64,000 bases of DNA. Source: Deltaproteobacteria bacterium (GTDB taxonomy: Bacteria; Myxococcota_A; UBA9160; SZUA-336). The notes beneath the pieces are model-generated. The model worked only from the letters and a program-made list of their open reading frames with translations, searched no databases and was not told the DNA's origin. The DNA lies in assembly GCA_004356455.1 (NCBI GenBank), contig SMWZ01000029.1, forward strand, positions 12,897 through 76,896, read 5' to 3'. Every line of letters starts with the position of its first letter. Position 1 is the first letter of the stretch. A program made the position numbers and the translations under genes. This document shows, one piece after another, positions 40,144 through 50,316 of the stretch.

Positions 40144-40542
40144 ATGGATTGCATTCGCTGCGCGGGTCGCATGCAGAAGCGTCCCGTCCGGGGTGTGCTC
40201 TTGGACTACTGTGCACCCTGCGACGCGATCTGGCTGGACGAGGGGGAGCTCGAGGCGCTGCTCAGCCGGCGCTCGAGAACTCGAGCCGAGCTCCAAGCGC
40301 AGGAGCAGGCCGAGGCCTCTCGGGAGAGCTCGCGGGCCGTGTCGGTCCTGGAGCTCTGCCCCCGCTGCCAGGGACGGCTCTCCGTGACCTATATCCGTGC
40401 CATACCTGTAGACCAATGCAGTCGCTGCCGCGGGATGTACTTCGACCAGGGCGAGCTGCCCGCGATTCTGCGGGCCCTTCGGCGCGGTCCGCTGGCCCGA
40501 CTCTGGATGCGTCTGCGCGGCTCGCGCGCAGCCGGGGCTTGA
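40144..40542 (+). CDS. Double zf-TFIIB-type zinc-ribbon protein
   Basis: CIRC..LDYCAPCDAIWLDEGEL and CPRC..VDQCSRCRGMYFDQGEL. Confidence 0.82.
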   Translation: MDCIRCAGRMQKRPVRGVLLDYCAPCDAIWLDEGELEALLSRRSRTRAELQAQEQAEASRESSRAVSVLELCPRCQGRLSVTYIRAIPVDQCSRCRGMYFDQGELPAILRALRRGPLARLWMRLRGSRAAGA

Positions 40543-40549
40543 GGACCGG

Positions 40550-41122
40550 ATGCGCAGCGCCCACCCCTTCCGATGGCTCTCCGACGCCTCACAGCGTCGA
40601 GCCCTCCCGCTGCTGATCGTACTCGCGCTGATCGGTTCGGGCGTGATGACCTGGCTGGATTATCCCTTGAGGACCGCCGCAGCGCCTTTCGGAATCGGCT
40701 CCTTCGAGCTGGCGAAGACGCTCGCACAGTCACAGAGCGTGCTCACATCGTGGGATCCGTCGGCCCGCATCTACGCCGGCCTTAGCCTCGGCATCGACTA
40801 CCTCTACCTGGTGTTGTACTCGGCCTCGATCGCGCTGGCGTGCGTGCGCCTGGCGCGCGCACTGCAGCACCGAAGCGCACGCCTCGCAGCCATAGGCATC
40901 GCATTGGCCTGGGCACAACCCGTGGCGGCTGGACTGGATGCCATCGAGAACTACGCGCTTATCCGGCTCCTACTCGGCTCGCTCGCGGCCGCGTGGCCCC
41001 TGCTCGCCTGGGCCTGCGCGCTGCCCAAGTTCACACTCGTAGCCGCGGGTCTGCTCTACGTGCTGCTCGCCGGCGTCTACGCGCTGGTCGTGCGCTCAAG
41101 TACCGCCACAGGAGGTTCTTAG
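40550..41122 (+). CDS. Hypothetical membrane protein
   Basis: About 4 TM; GIGSFELA, SLGIDYLYL, LDAIEN, KF. Confidence 0.7.
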   Translation: MRSAHPFRWLSDASQRRALPLLIVLALIGSGVMTWLDYPLRTAAAPFGIGSFELAKTLAQSQSVLTSWDPSARIYAGLSLGIDYLYLVLYSASIALACVRLARALQHRSARLAAIGIALAWAQPVAAGLDAIENYALIRLLLGSLAAAWPLLAWACALPKFTLVAAGLLYVLLAGVYALVVRSSTATGGS

Positions 41123-41692
41123 CTACTTCACGCGCTCGACGTAGCGCAGCTGGCCCGGATCCACGCGGATCCGATCGCCTGGCTCGAGAAAGGTGGGCAC
41201 CTGGATGGTCATACCGTTGTCCAGGGTGGCGGGCTTGTTGGACTTCGCCGCGGTCTGACCCTTGATTACGGGCTCCGTGTCCTTGATCCCGATCTCCACC
41301 GTCTTCGGAAGCTGCAGGCCGATCGGCCGACCGTCGAGCACCTCGACGATCAGGCGCACGCCCTCGGTGAGCCAGGGTGAGGCGCCCGCGAAGATGTCGG
41401 CCCCGAGGGTGATCTGATCGTAGGTCTGGGTATCCATGAAGACACCCCCGTCCCCCTCTCGATAGAGGTAGTCCATCTCCCGCGCCTCGACGATGGCGCG
41501 CTCCACAGAATCGTTGGTGGAGAACTTGACCGCACGCTGGGTCCCGTCGAGCAGGTTCCTGAGCTTCGTCTGGACGAAGCCACGCTTGTTGCCCGGCGTG
41601 CGATGCTCGAACTCCAGGACCCGATACGGCACGCCTTCGTAGATGATGCTCGTTCCCCTGCGCAACGCGGTGGCCTGGATATCGCCCGCCAT
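41123..41692 (-). CDS. efp: Elongation factor P
   Basis: HRTPGNKRGFVQTKLRNL, YLY, FMD, KGQTA..KPATL.NG..VP.F..GD.I.VD, YVER. Confidence 0.95.
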   Translation of the reverse strand: MAGDIQATALRRGTSIIYEGVPYRVLEFEHRTPGNKRGFVQTKLRNLLDGTQRAVKFSTNDSVERAIVEAREMDYLYREGDGGVFMDTQTYDQITLGADIFAGASPWLTEGVRLIVEVLDGRPIGLQLPKTVEIGIKDTEPVIKGQTAAKSNKPATLDNGMTIQVPTFLEPGDRIRVDPGQLRYVERVK

Positions 41693-43131
41693 TATTTCTC
41701 CTCGAGCTTGCGGAGACGTGCCAGGAGGCGGTCCCAGATGCCCCCGAAGCCTCCGTTCGACATGATCAGGGCAAGGTCGCTGCCCGAGCGCTCGCGAACG
41801 AGATGCTCGATGATCTCGTCCACCTCCAGTATATGCTCAGCCGCGATCCCGCGCGCGCGCAGACCCTCAACCACCTTCTCGGGCCGCATGCGTTCGCCCT
41901 GGGGGATCTGATCGGGGCGGAAGACGCCTGCGATCACCACCCGGTCCGCGCCGGCCAGGGCTTCCACGAACTCATCTTCAAAGAAGCGTCGGCGGCTGGT
42001 ATACGTGCGCGGCTCAAAGACGGCCCAGAGCATCCGCTCGGGAAAGCGCGAACGCATCGCGGCGACCGTCTCGCTCACGGCGGTGGGATGATGAGCGAAG
42101 TCGTCCATCACCATAAAGCCACCTACCTCGCCGCGAATCTGCTGGCGTCTCCGCACTCCGCGGAAGTCCTTCAAAGCCTCACCCGCCGCTTCGACATCCA
42201 CTCCGAGCCCGTGGCAGAGCGCTACCGCGCCGAGCATGTTCTCGACGTTGTAGCGGCCGAAGAGGGGGGCGCGAATGCGGGCCATGCGCTTGTCCCCCCG
42301 CCACACCGTACACTGCGTGCCCTCGGGGTCGAAAGCGACATCGCTCACGCGCCACAAGGCCGGCTCCTTGAAGCCGTAGCCCTCCACGGGCGCGGCCACG
42401 TCGGCCACGATCTGGCTCACCGCCGGTATGTCTGTGGCGGCCACGATCTGACCGTCCTCGGGAATGCTGCGTACGAGCTCGCGGAAGGCGTCCTGGATCT
42501 GGTCGATCGAGTCGTAGATGTCAGCGTGGTCGAACTCACAAGAGGTCAAGAGCAGGCTGCGGGCATCGTAATGCAGAAACTTGGGGGTCTTATCGAAGAA
42601 CGCGGTATCGTATTCATCCCCTTCGACGACGAAGTGATCGCCCTCGCCCAGGCGAAAGCTCCCGTTCAGGTTCTCGGCGACACCTCCGACGAGGATGCTG
42701 GGATCGTGGCCCGCGTGCACCAGAATCCAGCCCGCGATGCTGGTGCAGGTGGTCTTCCCGTGCGTTCCGGAGATCACGACGCTGTGTTTTCCGCCCATGA
42801 AGAACTGGTGAACAGCGTCCGGGAAGGAGAGGTAAGGGATGCCGGCTTCGAGAGCCGCGCGGGCTTCGGGGTTGTCGTGGTGCACGGCGTTCCCGATCAC
42901 GACCAGGTCCGGGCGCTCCCGCAGCAGGTGGTCGGCCGCAAAGCCCTTCTCGACCGTGATCCCCGAGTCGCGCAGCAGATCGCTCATGGGAGGGTAGGTG
43001 TCCATGTCGCTCCCCGTCACGCGGAAGCCACGGTCGGCCAGCATGCACGCGAGCGTGCCCATGCCGGTACCAGCGACAGCGACCAGGTGGACGTGCCGGA
43101 TCCCCTCGATGGGCGGCAGATCACGCGGCAT
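41692..43131 (-). CDS. mpl: Murein peptide ligase Mpl (MurC-like)
   Basis: AGTGM..LA, SGTHGKTT, EGDEYDTAFFDK.PKF, EFDHADIY, DDFAHHPTA, FEPR, MSNGGFGG. Confidence 0.93.
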   Translation of the reverse strand: MPRDLPPIEGIRHVHLVAVAGTGMGTLACMLADRGFRVTGSDMDTYPPMSDLLRDSGITVEKGFAADHLLRERPDLVVIGNAVHHDNPEARAALEAGIPYLSFPDAVHQFFMGGKHSVVISGTHGKTTCTSIAGWILVHAGHDPSILVGGVAENLNGSFRLGEGDHFVVEGDEYDTAFFDKTPKFLHYDARSLLLTSCEFDHADIYDSIDQIQDAFRELVRSIPEDGQIVAATDIPAVSQIVADVAAPVEGYGFKEPALWRVSDVAFDPEGTQCTVWRGDKRMARIRAPLFGRYNVENMLGAVALCHGLGVDVEAAGEALKDFRGVRRRQQIRGEVGGFMVMDDFAHHPTAVSETVAAMRSRFPERMLWAVFEPRTYTSRRRFFEDEFVEALAGADRVVIAGVFRPDQIPQGERMRPEKVVEGLRARGIAAEHILEVDEIIEHLVRERSGSDLALIMSNGGFGGIWDRLLARLRKLEEK

Positions 43132-44251
43132 CGAACGCCTCCCAGATGAAATCGTGAATCCGAGGTCGAAGCTCGAAGCGGCTGCGCTTGGCCACGAGGT
43201 GAACGCGGTTCGAGAGCACCACGATGATGGTTCCGTTCACGAGATCGATCCACAGGCTCGTGCCACTGAACCCCGTGTGACCGATGGAGCGGCGGGGAAA
43301 ATGGCTCCCCGAGGTGGACCGTCCCGCTGTGGGCGTATCCCAGCCCAGCGCCCAGTCGCTGCCCTTGGGAATCTCCTGCCGGCGGAAGAACTCCTGCGCC
43401 AGCTGCTGCTGAAAGACCGAGCTCTCGCCGCGTTCGGCTGCCAGCATCTCCTCGGCGAAACGCATGACGTCCGCTGCGGTCGAGAAGAGTCCAGCATGTC
43501 CGGCCACGCCGCCCATCGCCCAGGCGTTCCCATCGTGCACCTCTCCCCAGAGCACCTTCTCGCGCCAGGGGCATTGCTCCGTCGCAGCATAGCGAGCGCG
43601 CTCACCTCGAAAGGGCACGGGATTGAAGTGCGTGTCCGATAGTGCCAGAGGCTCGTAGATGCGACGCTGGCAGAAGGAGTCGAGTGGCTCGCCCGCCGCC
43701 TCCGCCGCCACCTCGCCCAGAACGATCAACCCGAGATCGCCGTAGACCGAAGCTTCCCCGGGATCATGCACGGGCGCGCTGCGCAGGATGCGGCTTACGA
43801 TCCCCTCACGGCCCGCCTCGGTCGCGAGCCATACCCCGCCCCGACGCCGTTCTCGCTCGAGCAGATCTTCGTAGTAGGCGCGCCAGGGTCGCAGACCGGA
43901 GCTGTGAGTCAGCAGGTGGCGCAGGGTGATCTCCGATTTGTCGCGCTCGCCGAAGGCCGGCAGCACGTCCACCACGGGCTGATCCAGCGAGAGCTTCCCA
44001 TCGGCCACGAGCAGCATGACCGCGGGCGTGGTGGCCATCACCTTGGTGAGGGAAGCGAGATCGTAAATGGTATTGGGGCGCGTCTCGTGCCGCTCCGGAC
44101 TGAGGCAGGCTGCGCCGAAGACGCCCTCGTAGCGCAGCGCGTCTCCACGACGGGCGACGACCGTAGCGCCGGGGATCTCGCCCTTCTCCATCGCTTTCTC
44201 GAGCGCGCGATCCACGCGTCCGAGCTTCCTGCGCACGGCAGCCAGCTTCAA
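43121..44251 (-). CDS. Serine hydrolase, beta-lactamase family (AmiE/NagZ C-terminal-like)
   Basis: YDLASLTK, LLTHSSGL, YGDLG, GEVHDGNA..GGVAGHAGLF, GHTGFSGT, NRVH. Confidence 0.9.
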   Translation of the reverse strand: MKLAAVRRKLGRVDRALEKAMEKGEIPGATVVARRGDALRYEGVFGAACLSPERHETRPNTIYDLASLTKVMATTPAVMLLVADGKLSLDQPVVDVLPAFGERDKSEITLRHLLTHSSGLRPWRAYYEDLLERERRRGGVWLATEAGREGIVSRILRSAPVHDPGEASVYGDLGLIVLGEVAAEAAGEPLDSFCQRRIYEPLALSDTHFNPVPFRGERARYAATEQCPWREKVLWGEVHDGNAWAMGGVAGHAGLFSTAADVMRFAEEMLAAERGESSVFQQQLAQEFFRRQEIPKGSDWALGWDTPTAGRSTSGSHFPRRSIGHTGFSGTSLWIDLVNGTIIVVLSNRVHLVAKRSRFELRPRIHDFIWEAFDAA

Positions 44252-45180
44252 TCTCTGCCCTCCACGACCGGCTCGAGCGGCGTCAACGTTCCTCGGTCGC
44301 CGTCGAGCTCAGCCCGGACGCCGAACCCGAGCGAGCGGGGGTCCAAGGTGTGCCCGAACGGAAGGTCCTCCACGACCGGACCCTTCACCTCGGATACGAG
44401 TACCTCCCTGAGCACATCCTCGACGCTGGTCTCAGGGTAGCGCTCGGACTCGCAGGACACGAACTGCCCCAGCGCAACACCCGCGGCGTCGCGCAGCTTG
44501 CCGGCCTCGCGCAGCTGGACCAGCAGGCGATCGATCGCGTAGGGCTGCTCGCAGATCTCCTCCAGGAAGAGGATCGCACCGCGCGTATCGATCTCCCACG
44601 GGGTGCCCAGGCTCCCCGCGACGAGTACCAGCCCTCCTCCGACGAGCGGACCCGCAACTCGGCCGCCCACGAGCCCCGCACCCTTGAGCGGCTCGAGCGC
44701 CGACGCCTCACCCCGAACCAGCGCGAGCAGCTGCGCACGCGCACCCGGGGTGAGGTCAGGCTGCTCCAACATAGGACCGTGCACCGAGGCCAGCCCGGCG
44801 CGGCGCCTGAGATAGAGCAGGAGGGAAGTCGCGTCGCTGTAGCCCACGACGAGCTTGCGCCCGCGGCGCAGCTCGGACGGGTCGAGGCGGCTCAGGATCC
44901 GCGGAAGCCCATAGCCACCGCGCGCCAGTACGATTCCACGCACGTCGGGTGCCCGCCACAGCTCGAGCAGATCCTCCAGCCGCTGCTCGTCCGTACCGGC
45001 CAGATAGCCGTGCCGGGCGCGCAGATGGCGGCCGCAGCGAACCACGTAGCCCGCATCCTCGAGCCAGCGGATCCCCACATCCAGAGTCTTCTCGTCGACC
45101 GGACCGGCGGGCGCACAGACACCGACGGTCGAGCCGGGCGTGAGTGGACGTGGGAGGAGCAGAGACGGCTCCTCTGCCAT
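44248..45180 (-). CDS. ldcA: LD-carboxypeptidase (peptidase S66)
   Basis: ARGGYG, GYSDAT, HGP, ILFLEE..E.PY.IDR, PFGH. Confidence 0.92.
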   Translation of the reverse strand: MAEEPSLLLPRPLTPGSTVGVCAPAGPVDEKTLDVGIRWLEDAGYVVRCGRHLRARHGYLAGTDEQRLEDLLELWRAPDVRGIVLARGGYGLPRILSRLDPSELRRGRKLVVGYSDATSLLLYLRRRAGLASVHGPMLEQPDLTPGARAQLLALVRGEASALEPLKGAGLVGGRVAGPLVGGGLVLVAGSLGTPWEIDTRGAILFLEEICEQPYAIDRLLVQLREAGKLRDAAGVALGQFVSCESERYPETSVEDVLREVLVSEVKGPVVEDLPFGHTLDPRSLGFGVRAELDGDRGTLTPLEPVVEGRD

Positions 45181-46568
45181 CAGAAGAGAGGCTCCTCGGG
45201 GTCGAAGCCGGCTGTGACGGGTGGCACGTCCTCGCGGGCGGACAGATCGCTGAAACGCGTATAGCGGCCCTCGAACTGGAGCCTGACCGTACCGATCGGG
45301 CCGTTCCGCTGCTTTGCGATGTTCACCTCGGCGATGCCCAGGTCCGGGGTGTTCTCATCGTAGACCTCGTCGCGGTAGATAAACATCACGACGTCGGCGT
45401 CTTGTTCAATGGCACCGGACTCGCGCAGGTCCGCCAGCATGGGCCGCTTGTTGGGCCGCATCTCGGGCCCGCGGTTGAGCTGCGAGAGGGCAATCACGGG
45501 GAGGTTGAGCTCTTTAGCCAGGAGCTTCAGCGAGCGACTGATCTCGGCCACCTCTTGCTCGCGCCGCTCATCCCGCTTCCGACCCTGTATCAGCTGGATG
45601 TAATCGACGATGATGAGCGTGAGCTTCTCCTCGCGATCGAGCCGTCGGGCCTTGGCGGCGATATCGCTCACCGTCAGCAGCGCGCTGTCATCGACGAAGA
45701 TACGGGCGTCCTCGAGCTGACTGGCCGCACGCGTGAGGGCGCGCATATCGCGGTCTCCCAGAACGCCTCCGCGAAAGCGGGAGAAGTCGACCTCGGCCTC
45801 ACTCATCAGCAAGCGCACCACGAGCTGCCGCCTGGTCATCTCGAGCGAGAAGATCCCCACGCACCCGCCCTGATCGCGCGCGTGGTTGCGGGAGATGTTG
45901 AGGGCCAGCGCGGTCTTGCCCATGCTGGGGCGCGACGCGATCACGGCCAGGTCGCCGCCCTGCAGCCCGCCGATCTTCTGGTCCAGATCGTGGAAGCCCA
46001 TGCGCACGCCAGTGACCTCGCCGGATTGCACCTTCTCGATGTACTCGAAGGCGCCCTGGAGCTCGGCCTTCACGCCCGAGAAGCCGCTCTCCGCATGGCC
46101 CATCGAGATCTGCAGCACCTCGAGCTCCGCCTCCTCGATCAGATCGGCCACCGAGGTCGAGCCCTCGTATCCGCGTGAGGCGATCCGCTCACAGGTGCGG
46201 ATGAGCGACCGCGCCAGCGCTTTCTCGCGCACGATGTCCGCATGATGCTCGACGTGGGCGGCCGTGGGGGTCGCATCCACCAGGCCCCCCAGAAACCCGA
46301 CGCCCCCCACCTCATCCAACACGCCCTGTTCCTCGAGAAAGCTACGCAGGGTAATCAGGGTGATCGCCTGCTGCTTGCTCGCCAGGCTCAGACAGGCGTC
46401 GTAGAGAATGCGGTGGCGCGGTAGGTCGAAGGAGCTGGCATTGACCTTGTCCTCGATCTTGAACAGCGAGTTGTGATCCAGCAGGATCGCGCCGAGAACC
46501 GCGCGCTCCGCCTCGTGGTCCACGGGAATCGCCCTCAGGCTCTCTTTGGTCTCGACCGGCTGCGCCAA
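45180..46568 (-). CDS. dnaB: Replicative DNA helicase
   Basis: ASRPSMGKT, FSLEM, VDYIQL, LSQLNR, DLRESGAIEQDAD, KQRNGP; TTG start inferred; no intein. Confidence 0.97.
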   Translation of the reverse strand: MAQPVETKESLRAIPVDHEAERAVLGAILLDHNSLFKIEDKVNASSFDLPRHRILYDACLSLASKQQAITLITLRSFLEEQGVLDEVGGVGFLGGLVDATPTAAHVEHHADIVREKALARSLIRTCERIASRGYEGSTSVADLIEEAELEVLQISMGHAESGFSGVKAELQGAFEYIEKVQSGEVTGVRMGFHDLDQKIGGLQGGDLAVIASRPSMGKTALALNISRNHARDQGGCVGIFSLEMTRRQLVVRLLMSEAEVDFSRFRGGVLGDRDMRALTRAASQLEDARIFVDDSALLTVSDIAAKARRLDREEKLTLIIVDYIQLIQGRKRDERREQEVAEISRSLKLLAKELNLPVIALSQLNRGPEMRPNKRPMLADLRESGAIEQDADVVMFIYRDEVYDENTPDLGIAEVNIAKQRNGPIGTVRLQFEGRYTRFSDLSAREDVPPVTAGFDPEEPLF

Positions 46569-46611
46569 GCTACCCCCCCACAAGAATCGGCGCGCTGTAC
46601 GCAAGGCGATT

Positions 46612-47064
46612 CTAGTCTGAAGCGACCACCTTCACACGAATCTGGGTACTGACCTCACGGTGCAGCTTGAGGGTGACCTTGTACTCCCCCAGCTGCTTGA
46701 TGGGCTCACTCAGCTCGATCTTGCGGCGATCCAGCTCGATGCCCTGCTCACCCAGGCGTCCCGCGATGTCAGCGTTCGTGATCGAACCGAAGAGCTTCCC
46801 CTCCGCACCCACCAGCACCTGGAATTCGAGCTCGGTCTGCTCCAGACGCTTCGCTACGAGCTCGTGCCCGCCGACCTCCTTGCGGATCTTCTCCTCGATC
46901 ACCCGCCGCTTGTGCTCCAGCTCGCGCACGCGCCCCTTCGTGGCGAGCATGGCTTTTCCCTGCGGAAGCAGGTAGTTGCGGGCGTAGCCGGGGCGCACCC
47001 GCACGACCTCGCCGGCGTTGCCGAGGGTCGAGATGTCTTCGGTCAGGATCACCTCTACGGCCAT
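46612..47064 (-). CDS. rplI: 50S ribosomal protein L9
   Basis: VIL.ED...LG..G, GYARNYLLPQG, GKLFGSIT. Confidence 0.97.
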   Translation of the reverse strand: MAVEVILTEDISTLGNAGEVVRVRPGYARNYLLPQGKAMLATKGRVRELEHKRRVIEEKIRKEVGGHELVAKRLEQTELEFQVLVGAEGKLFGSITNADIAGRLGEQGIELDRRKIELSEPIKQLGEYKVTLKLHREVSTQIRVKVVASD

Positions 47065-47077
47065 CGAACGCTCTCCC

Positions 47078-47353
47078 TCAGCTGTGCTGAGACGTGAACG
47101 GCATGAGCGCGAGCTGGCGTGCGCGCTTGATCGCCACCGTCAGCCCGCGCTGATGGCGCGCGCAGTTCCCACTGATGCGACGCGGAATAATCTTGTGCCG
47201 CTCGGTGACGAAGATCCGCAGGGTCCTTGCATCCTTGTAGTCGATGCTCATTTCCTTGTCCGCACAGAAACGGCAGACCTTCTGGCGCAAAAAAGTTTTG
47301 CGCCCCGAGCGCTTCCGCTTGCGCATCGGCCGTTTGACGACGATCTCGACCAT
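47078..47353 (-). CDS. rpsR: 30S ribosomal protein S18 (Zn-binding form)
   Basis: [33 protein letters not shown]. Confidence 0.97.
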   Translation of the reverse strand: MVEIVVKRPMRKRKRSGRKTFLRQKVCRFCADKEMSIDYKDARTLRIFVTERHKIIPRRISGNCARHQRGLTVAIKRARQLALMPFTSQHS

Positions 47354-47361
47354 ACATCCCC

Positions 47362-47964
47362 CTAGCCCTTCGCCTCTGCGTCATCCCCCGCGGTAGCCTC
47401 CGGGATAGGCTTCTCAGCCTGCCCTGCGACAGTCTCGAGTTCCTCGGAGCCTGCGTCCTCACGGTTAGCGTCGCTGTCCTGGTCCTCGGCTCCCAGCTCG
47501 CCTGCGTCCAGCTGCCCGTCCACGCTGCCCGCCTGCTCGCCGGCCGCAGCCTCGGCAGCCTGGGCGGCCTCACTCGCCGCGCGTTCGGCCTCCAGGAGCT
47601 CCCGCTCCTCGCGGCGGCGCGCCTGCTCCGCCTCGTACTCTCGAGCCTGCGTGACGCGGGCTTCGATGTCCTTCACGTTATCGTTCGCCAGAACTGTGAG
47701 GAAACGCAGCACGTCGACGTCGAGCCGCAGCTGCCGCTCCATCTCGGGCACGAAGGCTCCGTCTCCCAGGAAACTGAGCTGGAAATAGTGCCCCTTCTGG
47801 AACTTTTGGATCTCGTAGGCGAGCTTGCGCTTGCCCCAGTCGTCGCGAAGCAGATGCGTTCCCCCGCCTTCGGAGACGAAGCTATCCACTTTGGCGTGGA
47901 TCTCCCCCTCACGCTCGCGCGTGGCATCTGGCTGAATGATGTAGATGAGGTCGTACTCACGCAC
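47362..47964 (-). CDS. rpsF: 30S ribosomal protein S6 with long acidic C-terminal extension
   Basis: [30 protein letters not shown] start. Confidence 0.95.
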   Translation of the reverse strand: MREYDLIYIIQPDATREREGEIHAKVDSFVSEGGGTHLLRDDWGKRKLAYEIQKFQKGHYFQLSFLGDGAFVPEMERQLRLDVDVLRFLTVLANDNVKDIEARVTQAREYEAEQARRREERELLEAERAASEAAQAAEAAAGEQAGSVDGQLDAGELGAEDQDSDANREDAGSEELETVAGQAEKPIPEATAGDDAEAKG

Positions 47965-48030
47965 CGACGTTCCCCTTGGTCTGCGGGCCCCCACCCAAGC
48001 GGGGACCGAGGCACGATGAAGCAGGGCCAG
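47965..48030 (-). promoter_or_regulatory. Putative S6:S18 autoregulatory ribosomal leader
   Basis: Minus strand CCCTGCT...hairpin...GCCCGCAGACCAAGGGG just before rpsF, resembling the CCG-containing S6:S18 leader as I recall it. Confidence 0.55.
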
Positions 48031-48282
48031 AGTTTAGCAAACTTGCGTTGGCCGCGCGCAGAGCTTCTCGACGACTCCAGCTGCCTACGGCGGCGGCCAA
48101 CCCGAGCCGAGGCACGCCGGCCCCTGCTTGAGCGCCCGCGAAATCCCTTAAAGAGGGCGCTTGTTCGTCCTTCCCGCAGGGATCACCGACTACTCATTGT
48201 CCCGTCATTACAGGTCGCTGTGTGGAGTTACGCATCCTGACTCGCGCAGCATCACGGTCAGGCAGCCTGGCGCCTCGTCCGA

Positions 48283-50316
48283 TTACACCAATAGAGGTGC
48301 GATCACGACCGCGACGATCGCCATCAACTTGATCAGGATGTTGAGGGACGGACCCGCCGTGTCCTTGAAAGGATCGCCCACGGTGTCACCCACGACCGCG
48401 GCCTTGTGGGCCTCGCTACCCTTGCCGCCGTGCTCACCGGCCTCGATTACCTTCTTGGCGTTGTCCCAGGCACCACCCGCGTTAGACATGAAGAGCGCGA
48501 GCAGCACGCCCGAAACGGTGACTCCGGCCAAGAGGCCGCCCAAGGCTTCCTTGCCGATGAAGCCGGTGACGACGGGGACGGTGACGGCGAGCAGCCCCGG
48601 CACGATCATTCTGCGAATGGCCGCGCTGGTGGAGATGTCGACGCAGCGCCGGTAGTCGGCCTTGGCGGTGCCCTCCATCAGGCCGGGGATCTCCCTAAAC
48701 TGTCGGCGGACCTCCTCGATCATCTCGCCCGCGGCGTCACCCACGGCCTTCATGGCCATCGAGCTGAACAGAAACGGGATCATCCCCCCGACGAAGACGC
48801 CCGCCATGACGATCGGGTTCAGCAGGTCGAGCCGTTCCAGCTGGGCCTGCGTACGGAACGCGCTGAAGAGCGCTAGGGCGGTGAGCGCCGCGGAGCCGAT
48901 GGCGAATCCCTTGCCGATAGCGGCGGTGGTGTTGCCGACGGCATCGAGCTGATCGGTGCGCGCGCGTACCTCGGGCGGGAGGTGGCTCATCTCGGCGATG
49001 CCGCCCGCGTTGTCGGCGATCGGACCGTAGGCGTCGACCGCGAGCTGGACGCCCACGGTGCACAGCATGCCAAGGCCGGCCATGGCAATACCGTAGAGGC
49101 CCGCCAGCTCGTGCGCGCCCACCAGCGCGCCAGCGATCACCATGATCGGGATCGTCGTCGACTGCATGCCGATGCCGAGGCCCGCGATGATGTTCGTGGC
49201 CGTGCCCGTTAGCGAGCTGGCCGCGATCGCGTTGACGGGTCCACGTCCGCTGGCGGTGTAGTACTCGGTCGCGAGGGCGATACCGACGCCGCCGGAGAGA
49301 CCCAGCACCATGGCGCCGAGAATGTTCAGGGCCCCCTGGTCCGCGAAGTAGTCGATCGCGAAATAGGCCACAGGGAGCATGAGGATCGCCGAGCCGAAGA
49401 CTCCGAGGTTGAGAGCCACCTGCGGGTTTCCGTCCTCCGAGGTCCGCACCAGGAAGGTCGCGAGAATCGAGACGACGATGCCGAGTCCGGCCAGCACCAG
49501 TGGCAGCACCACGTAGTTGAGGGGCTCCGCTGCGCCGAGGCTCGTGGCGTAGGGCACACCCAGGATCATGGCCCCGATGATCGCGCCCACATAGGACTCG
49601 AAGAGATCCGCACCCATCCCGGCCACGTCGCCCACGTTGTCGCCCACCGCGTCGGCGATAGAGGCGGGGTTGCGGGGATCGTCCTCGGGAATGCCCGCCT
49701 CGAGCTTCCCAACCAGATCCGCGCCGATGTCCGCCGCCTTGGTATAGATCCCCCCGCCTACGCGCGCAAAGAGCGCGATGGAGCTGGCGCCCAGGCTGAA
49801 GCCCGAGAGTATCGCGAGCACCTTGCCCGTGACACTGGTCACGTCGCTACCAATGGTGTTGACGTAGATCAGAAAGAGGCCCGAGAGCCCGAGCACGCCG
49901 AGCCCGACCACGCACATGCCCATGACGCTGCCGCCGGTGAACGCCACGTCGAGCGCCCTGGCGATCGAGTGGCGAGCGGCGGCGGCGGTGCGCACGTTCG
50001 CAAGCGTCGCAACACGCATGCCGAAAAAGCCCGCCAGCCCGGAGCAAACCGCGCCGACCATGAAGGAGACTGCGACCAGCGAGGTCCCGCGCGGGAGGTT
50101 GACCGCGGCGAGCAGTCCAGCAACGACCAGCACAAAGATCGCCAGGACCCGGTACTCGCGATTCAGGAAGGCCATGGCACCCTCACGGATATAGCCCGCG
50201 ATCTCGATCATCTCGTCCGTTCCGGCATCGGCTCGCGCTACGACGCGTGCCCGCCAGAAGGCAAAGATCAAAGCCAGAACTCCGGCCGCTGCCACTGCGA
50301 TCAGCGGTTCATTCAT
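48283..50316 (-). CDS. hppA: Membrane-bound pyrophosphatase, K+-dependent type (likely Na+-translocating)
   Basis: [41 protein letters not shown] (Ala form), [11 protein letters not shown]. Confidence 0.96.
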   Translation of the reverse strand: MNEPLIAVAAAGVLALIFAFWRARVVARADAGTDEMIEIAGYIREGAMAFLNREYRVLAIFVLVVAGLLAAVNLPRGTSLVAVSFMVGAVCSGLAGFFGMRVATLANVRTAAAARHSIARALDVAFTGGSVMGMCVVGLGVLGLSGLFLIYVNTIGSDVTSVTGKVLAILSGFSLGASSIALFARVGGGIYTKAADIGADLVGKLEAGIPEDDPRNPASIADAVGDNVGDVAGMGADLFESYVGAIIGAMILGVPYATSLGAAEPLNYVVLPLVLAGLGIVVSILATFLVRTSEDGNPQVALNLGVFGSAILMLPVAYFAIDYFADQGALNILGAMVLGLSGGVGIALATEYYTASGRGPVNAIAASSLTGTATNIIAGLGIGMQSTTIPIMVIAGALVGAHELAGLYGIAMAGLGMLCTVGVQLAVDAYGPIADNAGGIAEMSHLPPEVRARTDQLDAVGNTTAAIGKGFAIGSAALTALALFSAFRTQAQLERLDLLNPIVMAGVFVGGMIPFLFSSMAMKAVGDAAGEMIEEVRRQFREIPGLMEGTAKADYRRCVDISTSAAIRRMIVPGLLAVTVPVVTGFIGKEALGGLLAGVTVSGVLLALFMSNAGGAWDNAKKVIEAGEHGGKGSEAHKAAVVGDTVGDPFKDTAGPSLNILIKLMAIVAVVIAPLLV

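Noticed and set aside
41803..43149. Long antisense ORFs opposite mpl (and similarly opposite cusB, cusA, dnaB, recA)
   Set aside because: Expected in high-GC DNA from codon bias; no recognisable motifs
45180..46568. Intein in DnaB (also checked RecA)
   Set aside because: Both proteins are normal length with contiguous motifs
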